Source: Octopus sinensis (taxonomy: Eukaryota). Taken from it: DNA of 64,000 bases. Both the position numbers and the translations under genes were made by a program. Shown here in pieces: positions 63,716-64,000 of the stretch (within the stretch, counting starts at the first letter, position 1; the number at the start of each line of letters is the position of its first letter). The stretch lies in contig NC_043020.1 of NCBI RefSeq assembly GCF_006345805.1, forward strand, positions 17,050,001 to 17,114,000, written 5' to 3'. The notes beneath the pieces were generated by a model that was given only the letters and a program-made list of their open reading frames with translations, did not search any database and was not told the DNA's origin.

Positions 63716-64000
63716 TCATCATCATCATCATTTAGCATCCGTTTTCCATGCTAGCATGGGTTGGACGGTTTAACTGGGGTCTGTGAAGCCAGAAGGCTTC
63801 ATCAGGCCCAGTCAGATCTGGCAGTGTTTCTACGGCTGGATGCCCTTCCTAACGCCAACCACTCCGTGAGTATAGTGGGTGCTTTTTACGTGCCACCTGC
63901 ACAGGTGCCAGACAGCTGGCAAACGGCCACGAACGGATGGTGTTTTTATGTGCCACTGGCACGGGGGCCAGGCGAGGCTGGCAACGGACACGAACGGATG
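63716..64000 (-). mobile_element. RTE-family 3' end with (GAT)n tail, running off the window
   Basis: Highly similar to 2080-2350. Confidence 0.88.

Overview
AT-rich, microsatellite-dense eukaryotic genomic DNA. The repeat families look like those of Octopus/coleoid cephalopods (inference from SINE style, not proven). About three quarters of the window is (TA)n/(CA)n/(CTAT)n/(TATG)n simple repeats plus transposon debris. That debris comprises at least four tRNA-headed SINE families, a young 5'-truncated RTE LINE with a tandemly expanded 3' UTR, Tc1/mariner, Helitron, piggyBac-MITE and R4/Dong remnants, and many Penelope-like/retrozyme-like fragments. One host gene is recognisable: DOT1L (H3K79 methyltransferase) on the + strand. 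Its coding exon 1 is 46347-46415 and its 41-nt exon 2 is 57996-58036. It has a CpG-richer promoter and a chain of uORFs; exon 3 is not seen in the window. One further plausible + strand exon (18438-18535) belongs to an unidentified upstream gene. The most notable signal is a set of minimal type-I hammerhead ribozyme (HHR) motifs from several unrelated sequence families. The best case is a TSD-flanked 1.3-kb insertion (41771-43092) made of tandem ~360-nt HHR-bearing units plus a 5' inversion, which resembles a retrozyme/Penelope-derived multimer and carries a U3:A8 covariant catalytic core. Almost all ORFs in the supplied track are microsatellite or repeat artefacts. All folds and alignments were done by eye.
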